A stretch of 63,852 nt of DNA, the filler included, from Octopus bimaculoides (lineage: Eukaryota): NCBI RefSeq assembly GCF_001194135.2. It is 5 parts of 5 records of this genome, joined end to end, with 100 filler letters (N's around TTAATTAATTAA, not from the genome) between each part and the next. Parts side by side here need not be neighbours in the genome. Positions count along the whole stretch, not along the records: positions 39,507 to 58,665 come from NC_068993.1; 4 more parts are not named here. One strand, given 5' to 3'. The first letter of the stretch is position 1. Every line of letters begins with the position of its first letter. Of the stretch, positions 39,807 to 54,107 are shown piece by piece. The notes under the pieces were generated by a model, which was given only the letters and a program-made list of their open reading frames with translations, ran no database searches and had not been told where the DNA came from. The position numbers and the translations under genes are program-made.

Positions 39807-40119
39807 GTTGTGTCCGGAAGCAGCCACTTCACTCTATTTTTCTTTTGATTCTCTCTATATTTAATGTCAATGTATGTTTTCTGTTTTGTTTTTTTTCCCC
39901 CTCTGTGTCTCTATTTCTTCTTCTCGGTTAACTATCACTACACGCATGCTCACTCATTTTCACACATTTGCTCACAAACACGCACACATATATGCGCGCT
40001 AGCACATGTACGTTTAATCATATACACACGCGCTCAGATGCATTAAAGTACATACATTGATGCATACATATATACGCATATATGTATGTATGCATGTACG
40101 TATATATATTCACACTCAC

Positions 40120-40173
<54 letters not shown>

Positions 40174-40603
40174 AATGAGCAACAATGAGAATATGAAGAA
40201 AACTTCAAGGGGAATAAGTTCTCACAGCGCTTTGAACAGAAAAAGGAAAATAGTTTTTGACGTTTCGGACATTAGAGTCCTTCATCAGAAAAGAGAAACG
40301 AAAAACGGTGGTGGACCGAAAGACAAAGAGAGTTTTGGTTGAGCATATAACTCGATGGGGAGTGGTTAATAAGAGTGTTAGATGCGTGATATTGTGTGCT
40401 AATGTAAGATAATATTGGTGTATGAGTACCACTGCCAATAGGTGTCTCAGGATGGACACTGGTGTGTGAAGGCGGTGTAGGGTGCAAGTCGTGGATAAAA
40501 CAGTATGCAGAAAGGGAAAGGAAAGAGAGGGAGAAAGAGAGTAAACAAAATGTTTAAAAATATATGTAGCGCGTGGGAAGACTACTGCAAAAAGGAGAGG
40601 TGC

Positions 40604-40649
<46 letters not shown>

Positions 40650-41184
40650 AGCATGCACAAGTTAAATTGCACAATACTTGTAGGATTCATTTGATAAACT
40701 CTGCTGAGCCTTGCTACTCTGAGTAGTTTTCGACACGCGATCGTTCAAATGACAAATTAGCAATGAAAGCATTTTGGTTGGTGCTGAATGCGAACACGTG
40801 TCCCAACGTTCTGTGAAAAACGATAATGGTGAAGTGGACCGTTACAGTATGCTCTGGTAAGGAGCCTTTGCTAATGAATGCGATTATTTGGGTATAATTC
40901 TTCAAGCAGAGAAAAAAAAAAATTAATAAGATCGCTGGAGGAAAATAGATTGGTATGTTAGATCTTATTTAATAGTTTCAAGCGAATTTACACTATGTGG
41001 ACCTTGTATGATAGTAATAATAATTTTTTCGTCTGCTTCCAAGGATATATAATTTCAGATTTCTCATTTATCGGTCTGGGTCGATTTCGTTAGATTACAA
41101 AATTCCTCAGATAGGCAAAATTTCATCCACTTCCATCCTGTATCTACAATACTTAAGGTTATTCTTTTATTCTTTTTCTTTTAT

Positions 41185-41573
41185 TCTTTTACTTGTTTCA
41201 GCTATTTGACTGCGGCCATGCTGGAGCACCGCCTTTAGTCGAGAAAATCGAACCCAGGACTTATTCTATCGGTCTCTTTTGCCGAACCACTAAGTTACCT
41301 GGACGTAAACACACCAGCATCGGTTGTCAAGCGATGTGAGAGGGACAAGCACAGACACACAAATATATATACACACACATACACACACACACACATATAT
41401 ATATATACATATATACGACGGGCTTCTTTCAGTTTCCGTCTACTAAATCCACTCACAAGGTTTTGGTCGGCCCTTAGCTATAGTAGAAGACACTTGCCCA
41501 AGGTGCCACGCAATTAGACTGTACCCGGAAACATGTGGTTGGTAAGCAAGCGACTTACCACACAGCCACTCCT
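41185..41573 (-). mobile_element. SINE family 2, full-length copy
   Basis: Reverse complement of the same head, body, microsatellite and tail architecture as 51072-51471. Confidence 0.85.
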
Positions 41574-41980
41574 GGTATTTTTAAAATTATAATATACCTT
41601 AACTTCTAGTCATATCCTGACAGAGTCGTAGAACTCATTTTATCTCTTCAGCTAAAACAGTATGCGTTCTTGTTACATATTATCTTTGAAGGTTTTCTCC
41701 GTAAGTTCCATGCAATTCTTATTGGTAATACATGCAATATATCCGCCATCTTAGTTAAGTTTGAATCTTAATACTCTAGTAGAATTCCTCATCATCTAAG
41801 GCAGCGTAGTCTTAGACTGAGAAATTAAGAATTAAGGAGTTTTATCCAAATGTCAGACTGTGGTGATAAGACTGTTGCTGTTGTTTGCTGAAGATTATCC
41901 GTGATCTTGGGAACCCTACATTAAAGCTGCTTAAATTATAACAGGCGTGTGTGTTTGTGCGTGTGTTGTATATGTAGCAT

Positions 41981-42053
41981 GGAGTATTAGCTCAGATCGT
42001 AGACTTGCCGCTTAGTATGAAAGAGGTACTGAAATAGATGCCCAAATTCTGCG
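41981..42053 (+). pseudogene. Degenerate tRNA-Ala copy
   Basis: GGAGTATTAGCTCAGATCGTAGACTTGCCGCTTAGTATGAAAGAGGTACTGAAATAGATGCCCAAATTCTGCG aligns gaplessly to the tRNA-Ala at 27388-27460, but the anticodon and T stems are broken and AGC has become AGT. Confidence 0.8.
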
Positions 42054-44129
42054 ACAAGTGGTTTTGGCGTGTAGCCTAGTGGCCAGGACATTTGGCCCAC
42101 GATCGTAGGATCTTGAGTTCGATTCTTGACGGAGGGTTGTGTTCTTGAGCAAGGTAATTTATTTCACGTTGCTCCACACCACTCAGCTGGCAAAAATGAG
42201 CACTACTTGTATTTTAAAAGGCCAGCCTTGTCAAGTTCTCTAACACACGGAACCACCCAGAAAACTATATTAAGAGTGCGCATGTAGAAGGCTCAGCCAT
42301 AAGCACGTTAATTTCACGAGCACGCTGTTCTGTTGGTCGCATCTACTGGAATACTATTTGTCTTAACTGACAGAGTGCCATTTTGTTAAGCTAGTGTGCA
42401 TGTGTGTTTACTTAAAGCAAATATAATTACAATACTGCTTTAAAAACAACTGACCTTCCCGTGAACCGATGGGGTACAACTGCAGTCACTTCGTTTTCAA
42501 ATAATCCATTATCTTCAAATGGGGTTAAAAGTTGTGAATAAGCTAAATACTGAATATTATATGAGGGCTGAAGACTGAATGTGTAACTGAAATAGTAATA
42601 TTAGCACAATATATACCCCGCTTTAGAAAACGACAATAAATATACCCGCCATCAGTGTGTAAATATACCCACCACACAGCAGAGTAGAATACACGGGCTA
42701 GTCACAGGCTAACAATGAGGTGTGGAATATTTGACGAGGCTGGATCTGCGAATCCTACTAAACTTTTCGAAATAAAAGAAAAAATAGTTATGTACACGAA
42801 AAGCCTAGTGGATCAAACATGACAACGGCGATAAAACCACAACTACCACTACCCCCACCCCCCACCATCATTACAAGTACCAACAGCACAAGCATCACTA
42901 CCATTATCATCACCACCAAAAATGACTACCAAAAACATTTCCATGTTCGTACGTATGTTTGTATGCATGTATGTATGTATGTATGTATGTATGTATGTAT
43001 GTATGTATAAAGCGACCATCCAACAGGTGTGAGTGAGAGAACTCCAGTCTCTGCTTAGACATCTATTTTAGGAGAGGGAAAACTCTGATATGTGATTTTC
43101 AACTTCGTTTTCATCCAGTGAAACAGCCGGGTTTTCGTTTTGGACAAATATTTGTCGCCTAGAGAGCGAGAATTATCCCGTCCCAAGGCCTTTCCTCATT
43201 TAAAAAACTTCTTGCACAGGCACTGCTTGACTTTAACATCTCTGTTATGTATTACATACAATGGATGGCTGTAACTGATAAAAGACATAAAACTCAATGA
43301 AAAAATCCACGATGGAATGAAGATATGTATCAGAGTGGATAGTAAAGCACCCTGGATATCTTTAGCAAGAGGTATCTATCGTTGCTGTGTCTGTACAAAA
43401 ATGTGTATATTCCTAACAGGACTGAAAGGCTACACCGAGAAATCAGGTTATGGCATTGATGAAATTCGAGTTGCATCTATCATATATGTCATCATTCAGT
43501 TTTGATTCACGATTTCTTGCAATAGAGAAAGAGTCGGTTTCTAACCTAGATCCAAGACTCATTAGAATTTCAACACCAACAGGGTATTTTTGTATGTATG
43601 TATGTATGTATGTATGTATGTATGTATGTATGCATGCATGCATGTATGTATGTATGTATGTATGTATGCATGTATGCATGCATGTATGCATGCATACAGC
43701 ATTGCATGCATGTATGTATGTATGTATGTATGTATATATGTATGTATATGAGCAGTATTTGGAGTCAGTGCACATGCAGGTATGTATGTTTTGCTTTTTG
43801 TATGTAGTCTCAAATGTCTGTATATATCTATGTATATGTGTATGTTCTTTTCTGTTTTTAATTATCTAAATTCTTCCTTCGAAGAAAAAAAAACTTGTTT
43901 CTAACAAAGATACAAAGCCCCATCGATGGAATGTAGATAACAAAAACAATGTCATATTTTAAACCTGACAAATATCTTGCAGAGTTTTACTGTTCCACTT
44001 ACAGGTTGTATTAGTAAGGTGCGAGTCAGTGGGTTTATTCCTTTTTCCGAAAATCCAAGCTTATCCAGACTGATAGTGAGGCATTTACTTACAAAACCAA
44101 GTGCATCAATTATTAGTCATATAGATGTA

Positions 44130-44160
<31 letters not shown>

Positions 44161-44860
44161 TGTATGTATGTATGTATGTATGTATGTATGTATGTGCTAT
44201 CTTTCTCTTTTTAATTTAGAATAGAGTTGACTGATCATCTGCTTGGTAGCAAGCTTGTGAAGGAAATCATCTTGTTTTGTTCATTATCCTTTAAGTCTTA
44301 TTTAAGGTCTTATTTTTCTGGATCATATATCGTGATTCGTTGTAGTGTATGAATTAAGGATTTGGCTTATCTCTCAAGAACTCAAGTCCAGCCATACTTT
44401 GATTCGGGTAGGTTAGTATGTACCATATTACTCCAATAATAATAGGTATGAAGCTGAAAGTGTATCTTGGATACTAGAGTTGCAAACTCCTTATTAAGGG
44501 TCCATATATGTTTTCTTCCCTTTGTATTTTTCTGACCACATTGGTGTTCAGAAGGCATGCATGTATGTATGATTTATATATGCATGCATGTATGTATGCA
44601 TACAGAAATCGTCCCCCGAAATTGCAGTCCTTGTGCCAAAATTTAAAATCAATATCTGTTTTTCCAAATAAGGCGCTTGGAAGAATCGTTAGGACGCCGA
44701 GCAAAATACTTAGCAGCATTTCATGTCTTAACGTTCTTAGCTGAAGTTCTGTCGAGCTGAAGTTTGCTCTTCATCCTTTAGGGATCGACAAAATAAGTAC
44801 CAGGGTTGAAGTAATCGACTCACCCACTTCACCGAAATTGCTGACCTTGTGGCAAACTTT

Positions 44861-44998
44861 GAAACAACTCTATATTTTTCATTGAAACAACTCTATATTT
44901 TTCATTGAAACAACTCTATATTTTTCATTGAAACAACTCTATATTTTTCATTGAAACAACTCTATATTCTTCATTGAAACAACTCTATATTTTTCATT
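44861..44998 (+). repeat. 23-bp minisatellite x6 (gaaacaactctatatttttcatt)
   Basis: Six head-to-tail copies with one substitution in copy 5; begins at the tail of a family-1 SINE. Confidence 0.95.
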
Positions 44999-46270
44999 AT
45001 TTGGTTACGACTTAGAGCATTGAATTAGTACCATCATCATTAAAGGTTTTGAGTAAACGTTCTCTGGATATTTGTTCCATTTCTTCGCGTTCTGAGTTCG
45101 AAACTTGGTGTGGACCTTGCCTTTCATCCTTGTGTCATGAAAATAAATTACTAACACAAGCTTTTGAATAGTTTTGTTTATGATGATAATTTGATTTGGT
45201 TAGGACTAACCTGAGGCGAAAGAAACCAACAATCTAACTTTTACTTGCTTCGGTCATTGGATTGCGGCCATGCTGGGGTAACGTTATGAAGAGTTTAGTT
45301 GAACAAATCAGCCCCTTTTAAGCCTTATACTTTTATATCGGTTATGTGTACGTAAGATAGTCGAAACGCTATTTTACCAATATGTTAACCAACTAACGCC
45401 AATAGTTCTTGTGCATGCCCCTCAAATACACTCACAAGGCATTGACCGGCCCGGATTTTTAGCAGAAGACATTTGCCCAAAGTGTCACGGATAAGGACAG
45501 AACCCAAACCCGAAACCATATCGTGAGTTTCTGAACCATGCAGTCATGCCGGGTTGGCTCATTTTCTTATTTTCCATTTCAGATTCATTGAGGGTTAATC
45601 TCTTCTTTAAATCTTGGCGAATGTATTCTGCATTGGTGTAACTAACTCCATATTCTATAATCGTAGATATGCTAGAAGTGTCGGAACATGTAGGTGTATT
45701 GTTTCCACATCCTGCTTTCTACTTCCTGTTTCAGAGACTTTCCAGTTCCGTCTTCATCTTCGGGCGTCTTATCTTTGTAACTGGTGTCGAATTAAAAAAA
45801 TTACGTCATTCATTTGAACAATTGTCATTGACCGCCTTTTGACTCCTAAGTGGGAAATTCGGTACTTCATACCTGATATATCAATGGGTATTAAGCAATC
45901 CATTACTTCTCTCTCAGCCATCTCTCTCTCCCTGTCTGCCACCTTGTCTCACTGTCCATTTCTTTCTCTTTCTCTCTCTCATTCTCTTTCTCTCTCTCTC
46001 TATCTGTCTATCTGTCTTTCTCATACATATTCTCTCATACGCACACAAAAGTACAGTGACACAGAAACGCCTACCTACGCACACACACACATATGCATAC
46101 ACACACATGCACAAACGCACACACACATGTATATGCGTACGTATGTGTGAGTATAAATACGCACATGCATTCATATATACATAATTAGACATATGTTACA
46201 CACACATACACACATATGTACGTATATACTTTTAAGAACATACATGATACACTTATACATATCTTTCACA

Positions 46271-46305
<35 letters not shown>

Positions 46306-48314
46306 NNNNNNNNNNNNNNNNNNNNNNNNNNNNNNNNNNNNNNNNNNNNNNNNNNNNNNNNNNNNNNNNNNNNNNNNNNNNNNNNNNNNNNNNNNNNNNN
46401 NNNNNNNNNNNNNNNNNNNNNNNNNNNNNNNNNNNNNNNNNNNNNNNNNNNNNNNNNNNNNNNNNNNNNNNNNNNNNNNNNNNNNNNNNNNNNNNNNNNN
46501 NNNNNNNNNNNNNNNNNNNNNNNNNNNNNNNNNNNNNNNNNNNNNNNNNNNNNAATACAAACACAAATAAAATAAAATAAAATAAAATAATAAAAAAAAG
46601 GTACTCACGAACACAGATATAAATTTAAAAAAAAAAAAGAAACAATAAAACAAACCAACACAAGGTGTAACACTATTCATCATATATTACAAATGGCTGC
46701 TGATTTTTGGAGAGTTCTTTGAGGGTTTCACAAAAGCATTTTGTTGACTCTTGATTGGCTAAAAAGGAAAAGAAGGAAAACTAAATAAATTGCAATTCAC
46801 AATTTCGTCTTATTTTTGTCATCTTTTTGTTTGTTTGTTGGTGTGTATATTTGTTTTCTCTCCTTCTCTGGCCTTGTCTTGCACTTCTCTCTCTTTCTCT
46901 CTCTTTCTTTATTTCTCTGCCTATTTTATCGTTCGTTCTTTCTTCCTTTCTTTCCTTCCTTCTTACTTTCTTTCTCCCCTGTGTTTGAGTGTGACAATTA
47001 GTGTCGCTATAAAACTTGACCTGGCTGTTTGTTGTGTTTATTTTCAATAATAACACCGTAGCGCCAGTCAAAGATTAACAACAACAACTACAGCAACAAT
47101 AACAGCAACAACAACAACAATAACTACTACTACTACAACTGCTGCTGCTGCTTTTACTACGACAACAACAGTAGCATCAACAATAACAACAATATCATCA
47201 TTATCAGAAGTAGTAGTAGCAGTAACAACATCAACGGAAGAATATTATCTGTAATAATACTGAAAGAAATGTTTGGCGAATTTCAACATAAAAATTGTAT
47301 GATAATTGACAGCTGAGAAATAATGATGATAAATTAGTTAGAATTACTAGAGTAAGCAAACAAGTCAACAGCAGAACATTAGGCAAGAGTATTCCTGCCA
47401 TTTTATAACATCTAAAATACAAAACGAAGATTTACGAGGAATGTTGCCGAGATAAAATACAATACAGACAGTTCAATAAATGTTTTCTGAAGAAAGAAAA
47501 TTCTCTAATATCACCATTGAAACACTCTTTAATTATAAGAATTACTTGCTTTATTTTATTTATTTATTTATTTTTCTTTTAGCACGCGATTGATGCTTCA
47601 ATTTTTAAGCACAGTTCTTAGAAATTACAAGGTAGACTATTGCTAATAGTTGACAAGAACGCTCTTGGTTATTAAGGGACAGAAAAGTGTCACTTACTGA
47701 AATAGGGAGGACACAATTAGCGTTTGTTCTTTCAACGGTAGTGGGTGAATGTGGAACTTTTAAAAATGCAAGGGGTGTAGAATTTACTTAAAACGTAAGA
47801 CACAGAAGAGAAAAAAATGAAGGAATAACGTTACTTTTCGAATCGTTTCGTTTCTCTAAATGCGTGACGCAGGTGGAATCGGGGTGAAAAAGAAATTACC
47901 TCAGGTTAATCACCAGATTATTTCAATTATATATAACCTCATAGACATCGGTACAGTTAGCGACGACTTAATCATGAAATTAGTTGCGATTTTGGGAATC
48001 TCTGCTGTCAATACTATGACAGTATACCGGCCAAAAGGTCAATAGTTCGAATGCACCTTGGGAAGTTTTTTTTTTATATCTTATTAGACTCGCGGGAGGG
48101 GAGAGAGACACCGTTATCTTCAAACTAGAAACCAGGTCCGAATGCGTGCTACATACTGGGCTTTGCTAAAGGCATCCAATATTCCAGAAGATCGTATNNN
48201 NNNNNNNNNNNNNNNNNNNNNNNNNNNNNNNNNNNNNNNNNNNNNNNNNNNNNNNNNNNNNNNNNNNNNNNNNNNNNNNNNNNNNNNNNNNNNNNNNNNN
48301 NNNNNNNNNNNNNN

Positions 48315-48614
48315 CAAGTGGCTGAGCACTCCACAGACACGTGTACCCTTAACGTAGTTCTCGGGGATATTCAGCGTGACACAGTGTGACAAGGCTGGCC
48401 CTTTGAATTACAGGCACAACAGAAACAGGAAGTAAGAGTGAGAGAAAGCTGTGGTGAAAGAGTACAGCAGGGTTCGCCACCATCCCCTGCTGGAGACTCG
48501 TGGAGCTTTAGGTGTTTTCGCTCAATAAACACTCACAACGCCCGGTCTGGGAATGGAAACCGCGATCCTATGACCGCAAGTCCGCTGCCCTAACCACTGG
48601 GCCATTGCGCCTCC
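48315..48614 (-). mobile_element. SINE family 3, second copy (different 3' part)
   Basis: Reverse complement of the 26022 head and body over about 200 bp. Confidence 0.8.
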
Positions 48615-49903
48615 ACAACAGATTAAGTAACCCACTCATGTTGGCAGCGGCTAGATTTGACTCAGAACGCAGAGACGGAATATTGACTCGGAGCCATCTC
48701 AGCAGCTTTTTTAGGTCTCCGAGCAAATCAGTGCACTGGGTATTATAGTATGTTTTATTGACAACAAGCTACAATATACATAGATCAGAATCATGAGGCC
48801 CCTGGACAATGCCTACTGTGCTCATACCTTAAGACGTCCTTGCTTATATCACAAGTCATTCAACTCAGCATTCTTTCTATTCTGCCAACTCACCATCCTG
48901 GATTGGTTGTTCGTTTATCGACCCCGAAGGACGAAAGACAAAGCTGACCTCGACATGATTTGAGCCCCGATGGAAGAGAGTCAGAACATTTAATACGTGG
49001 TTCTAATGACACTTGCAATTTTCCACCATTTAATACCCTAGACACTAAAATTCCGTTGATTTCTTTCTTAAGCGTCCCATAAGCATTATTGGTTTTTCAT
49101 ATCATCGTCCTAAGTTTAACTTTCATGTTGTATCTTATAGACTGAAAGAATGAAAAGCAACGTTGACCTCCGGCGGACTTTAACCAGAACGTAAAAAAGT
49201 TTTTAAAATAAATATATAAAAGGCAGAAAAATACCGCGAGTCGATGCACTGACGACTCTTTTAGTCGACTCACTTCTTCCGAATGTCACATGATCGAAGA
49301 AATGACACCCGTATGTGATCACTAGACGTGCTGAAAATAACAGCCAAATCTCATCCAAACCAGCCCTCTACAGTCATATTCAATAATATGGCCCTAGATA
49401 ACCCTAAAACATGAATATAAAAAAGAGATAGAGCACAAAGTCCTATTGTCATCATTGAAATGTTATAAATGATACGTACCTTCAGTCAAACACCTACCAA
49501 ATATCCAGTTTTATCATCGTCATCGTTATTTGATGAACATTTCGATCAGCTGAATTCACAGCAATTATTTCCCTTGTAATTTTCTGCTTTGTCTTAAACA
49601 TACATAGGGGTAGATTTTGGGGTTTTTTTTAGTTTTACTGTAGAATACATGTATTTAGCATGTGTGTGTGTGTAATATATATGTAATATATATCTTAGGA
49701 AGTTGAGTGACCATTTGGTTTCGCACCTTTATAGCGCTTAGCAGTTATGGGCGGTTATAACTTTTAACTTCCTAAAAAAATATATTATTGCTAAATGGTT
49801 TTAGAGAGTGCTTCTTAATTCGGATATATGAACTGCTGACTATGTGTGTGTGAGTGTGTGTGTGTATGTATGTGTGAGTGTGTGTGTGGGTGCGTGTGCA
49901 CGC

Positions 49904-49969
<66 letters not shown>

Positions 49970-50094
49970 GTATGTATGTATGTATATGTGTACGTATGTA
50001 TGTATCTATATATGTATGCTTGTATGTATATATAACATATACGCACACACATAGATATAGATATGTAGCATAGATATACAAATCTATAAATGTG

Positions 50095-50138
<44 letters not shown>

Positions 50139-51071
50139 CACACACACAAGTACACATACACAAACATATATATATGCAGACACATATACATACAAGCGTT
50201 CAAACATACATATGTATACACTCATACACACGCTCTCAAAATGTTCACTTCAACCTCATGCTAACAGCACCGAATATACTTTACTGATAAAATCTAACGA
50301 CATATCGAAACGCGTGGGCTCCTTACTTCAGTTTTACTCAGAGGAAAAACTTAATCATTATCACATCGTCTTTATTTTTCAAAACTGTGGTTTAGTTTAT
50401 ATTGTTATAGTTATCCCCCTTGCTGTTGTTTTATAGATTTTTAAGCATCGCTGGATGGTGATTTCGTCCACTAATTGCATGGACACACTCCGTTCGTTGT
50501 AGTTCTTTATCTCATTCTATTGCACATGTAAAGACCTACTGTATATGCATCTCACAAATAAAACGTTACTCTGAGGTATTTTCAGTCAGCCATATTGTTA
50601 AACAAGAAAGAAGATATTTAATGACCATGTTCTAGATGCCCCTCAACAGTCAGGCTTGTCATGGATCAATTGCTTTTGATTATATGTTGGCTCAATTAAG
50701 GTTGACTTGTGGCCAAACAACGAAGCCAAAGACATAGAATGGACTGCAATCTATTCAACAGTAAAACCGTTGATAATATAAAATATAGCGAAGCAAGTTG
50801 TTGTTTTGATCAACTGGTGATCAAAGACTGTTGAGGTTTTTGAGGTTCATAAAAACAGTATCAGTCAATAAGTGAAATCGATTTGATTAGCTGTTAGATG
50901 TTAGCTCCTGCGTTAGCGATCTGGTGGCTATGTTAGAGGTATTTGTTATTGAATAAGAATATTTGGTTCTTAATGTTAGTTACCTACAGACATGATGAAG
51001 TATTTGATATATTATCATAAAGAAGCATCCCAAAATTAACATGTTGAAGCCTATGTAAATTGAATATATAT

Positions 51072-51237
51072 AGGACTGGCTGTCCGGTAAGTAGCTTGCT
51101 TACCAGCCACATGGTTCCGGGTTCAGTCCCACTGCGTGGCACTTTGGGCAACTGTCTTCTACTATAGCCTCGGGCCGACCAAAGCCTTGTGAGTGGATTT
51201 GGTAGACGGAAACTGGAAGAAGCCCGTCGTATATATG

Positions 51238-51272
<35 letters not shown>

Positions 51273-51471
51273 TTGTGTGTATGTGTTTGTCCCCCAACAT
51301 CATTTGACAACCGATGCTGGTGTGTTTGCGTCCCCGTTACTTAGAGGTTCGGCAAAAGAGACCGATAGAATAAGTACTAGGCTTACAAAGAATAAGTCCT
51401 GCGTTCGATTTGCTCGGCAAAAAGGTGGTGCTCTAGCATGGCCGTAGTCAAATGACTGAAACAAGTAAAAG
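51072..51471 (+). mobile_element. tRNA-derived SINE family 2 with internal (TA)n(GT)n microsatellite, full length
   Basis: Head ggctgt..ggtaagtagcttgcttaccagccacatggttccgggttcagtccc, body ending gaagcccgtcg, microsatellite, tail ending gactgaaacaagtaaaag. Partial copies at 69-223(-), 4845-4981(+), 21750-21905(-), 30490-30800(-), 45430-45545(-), 55380-55560(-), 60225-60265(+). Confidence 0.85.
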
Positions 51472-52918
51472 GGTAACAGAGTATATATGAACGACTCGAT
51501 GGAGGAGTTTTAATGTGTTCGAAGCACTGCGCAAGAAATAACAGTTAGATCCAACTCAGTTCACGATCCATCATCATTGAAAAGAGGAGAACGATCCATT
51601 GGTTAATATGATTCAACTTGGAAACTAAGAAAGAAAAAATTGAAGGGTTATGAGGTGAACGTTTTTTTTCATTTTACTTACTAGTCAAGAGCTAAATAAA
51701 ACACACATAAATGTGTATATACATGTATCTATATGTATGTGTGTCTGCGTAATTGTTTATTCTGTAGTATTACATATTTAAAAATAATCACAACACCAGT
51801 CCTAAACGAAACGTTTGTTAGACTCTGCTTTAAGACTTAACAAAATTTCTATCATCGCTACCCTAAGAATCCCAGTCCCCTCCATTTACTTTGGTAGATC
51901 TTCAAGTTCTCATTGTGATTCTCTACCAATAACATCAATGTATTTGAGGGGGTCTTCGCCCAATATTAAGTTGCGAAAGTTTCCAGTATATTACATCTGA
52001 TATACTCTATTGTTCAGCACGATAGTTTGTGGCCCGCAACAAAGTCTACCCGGAGTTGAACAAGAAAACTAGAGAACGTGTCTTATGCTCGAAATATGAG
52101 ATGTTTTGAACCCAAATGAGAATCCCAGTCTACATAATTTGATGGTGATTTTGAAACTCTTTCGTCAGCGTAGGTTTTGCCATCGTACAGAAGAATACTC
52201 TCAACATATTCCCTAAAAAGGGAAAGTTTTGTTAACTTTGATAAAACGTCTGGCAATCAAGGATGAAATTGCATTTGTACATATCTATACACCAAGCTGG
52301 AACTAAAAGGGAACTAAATTGTTGTTACAGTTGTTGTTTAAGTCCAAGAAGATTCCTTTTTGATCGCATTGTTTACGTAGACGTATTCTTATACGAAACG
52401 TCGAAACTTTCAGTACTGACTCTGGTTTCTGTACTAACTTTATTCAAATAATTTCGGATAGCAAATTCACTGGAAAGGCTTCGATTATTTTAACGTCCAC
52501 TCTGGTTATCAGAATAACTGATTATAAGAATAGACCCTTGCTGGAGACATTTTATACTTAAGTATTGAACATCGAATTGTGCTTCCCTTTATTTAATAGA
52601 CTCCATCTTTAACTTTTAATATCCTTCCAGCGATTAAACTGTTGAGATTTGTAATCTTATACTAAATTACTAATGATTCGAAATTTCTGTGCGTTTTATA
52701 AATTTTATTTTGTTGCTGGTATAATGGGTGTCGTTATTGTAGTTGTTGTGCTGGAATTTGTCGTGGCTGTCGCAGACATCATCATCCTCGCCATTATCCT
52801 CCTCATCATAATTATTGGTATATTCCGCTGATTTTGTTCCTTTTTTATTTTTTGTAACTTGTCATCTGTGATAACATGATGTGTGTGTGTGTGTGTGCAT
52901 GTACGTATGTTTGTGTGA

Positions 52919-52962
<44 letters not shown>

Positions 52963-53459
52963 NNNNNNNNNNNNNNNNNNNNNNNNNNNNNNNNNNNNNN
53001 NNNNNNNNNNNNNNNNNNNNNNNNNNNNNNNNNNNNNNNNNNNNNNNNNNNNNNNNNNNNNNNNNNNNNNNNNNNNNNNNNNNNNNNNNNNNNNNNNNNN
53101 NNNNNNNNNNNNNNNNNNNNNNNNNNNNNNNNNNNNNNNNNNNNNNNNNNNNNNNNNNNNNNNNNNNNNNNNNNNNNNNNNNNNNNNNNNNNNNNNNNNN
53201 NNNNNNNNNNNNNNNNNNNNNNNNNNNNNNNNNNNNNNNNNNNNNNNNNNNNNNNNNNNNNNNNNNNNNNNNNNNNNNNNNNNNNNNNNNNNNNNNNNNN
53301 NNNNNNNNNNNNNNNNNNNNNNNNNNNNNNNNNNNNNNNNNNNNNNNNNNNNATCTACGTGACTGTTTAACTCTAGAAGTACCGAGCGGTCATTGCTTTT
53401 TGTTTTTTCCTTTTTCATTTCTACTACTGTATTGAATGTTCAATCATGAGCACCATTTC

Positions 53460-53505
<46 letters not shown>

Positions 53506-53554
53506 TTGTACGTAAACTTTTTTCAATAAGATTTTCAATGCCGGTCAAAAATGA

Positions 53555-54067
53555 CACTATGGCCCTGGTAGGAAGTAAGAAATGTTAGTACATCTAGAGT
53601 TAATGTTAATCAAACCACGTTTAAGAGAAGTCTTGAAACTCCGAATTTCAAAGAGACCGTATTGTGGGTCAATCTGAAAGTGGACTTAGCGTAAAATCGC
53701 AGAAAACCTTGGGATCCCGCTTTCAACAGTTAATAGATCGACTGTGCAATTCACCAGAGAAGAGAAGGAGCCGACATCATCTCGCCTGGGTGAACCAGAG
53801 CCCTTTGACAGGACGTGTGAAGGATAGTCCTTGTTGCAAGGCCTCGGACATAGCAGACCAAGTTGAAACTTGGCAAGAAATTCCGCAAGAAAATATTCGC
53901 TATCTGATCAGTAGGCCTAATATGGTCCTTGCATTGAAAATGAAAAAGGTATGTCTACTAAATATTAGATATTCACATTATAATAATTAATGAATAATTT
54001 TAATGTATAATTTCAGATTAAGATAAATTTCAACGATTATCAGGAGGTCTATTTATTTTTAATATTA

Positions 54068-54070
<3 letters not shown>
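53555..54070 (+). mobile_element. Internally deleted Tc1-like element
   Basis: Frameshifted N-terminal HTH (VGQSESGLSV..IAENLGIPLSTVNR) fused to a Tc1 C-terminal motif (WQEIPQENIRYLIS..PN.VLAL.....GMSTKY*). Boundaries approximate. Confidence 0.7.

Positions 54071-54107
<37 letters not shown>

Noticed and set aside
44861-44998. Regular repeats suggestive of a CRISPR array
   Set aside because: No spacers, eukaryotic context and no cas genes; it is a simple tandem minisatellite.
45690-45790. Short acidic minus-strand frame (DKTPEDEDGTGKSLKQEVESRMW)
   Set aside because: Bounded by stops with no start or acceptor; resembles repeat-terminal sequence.
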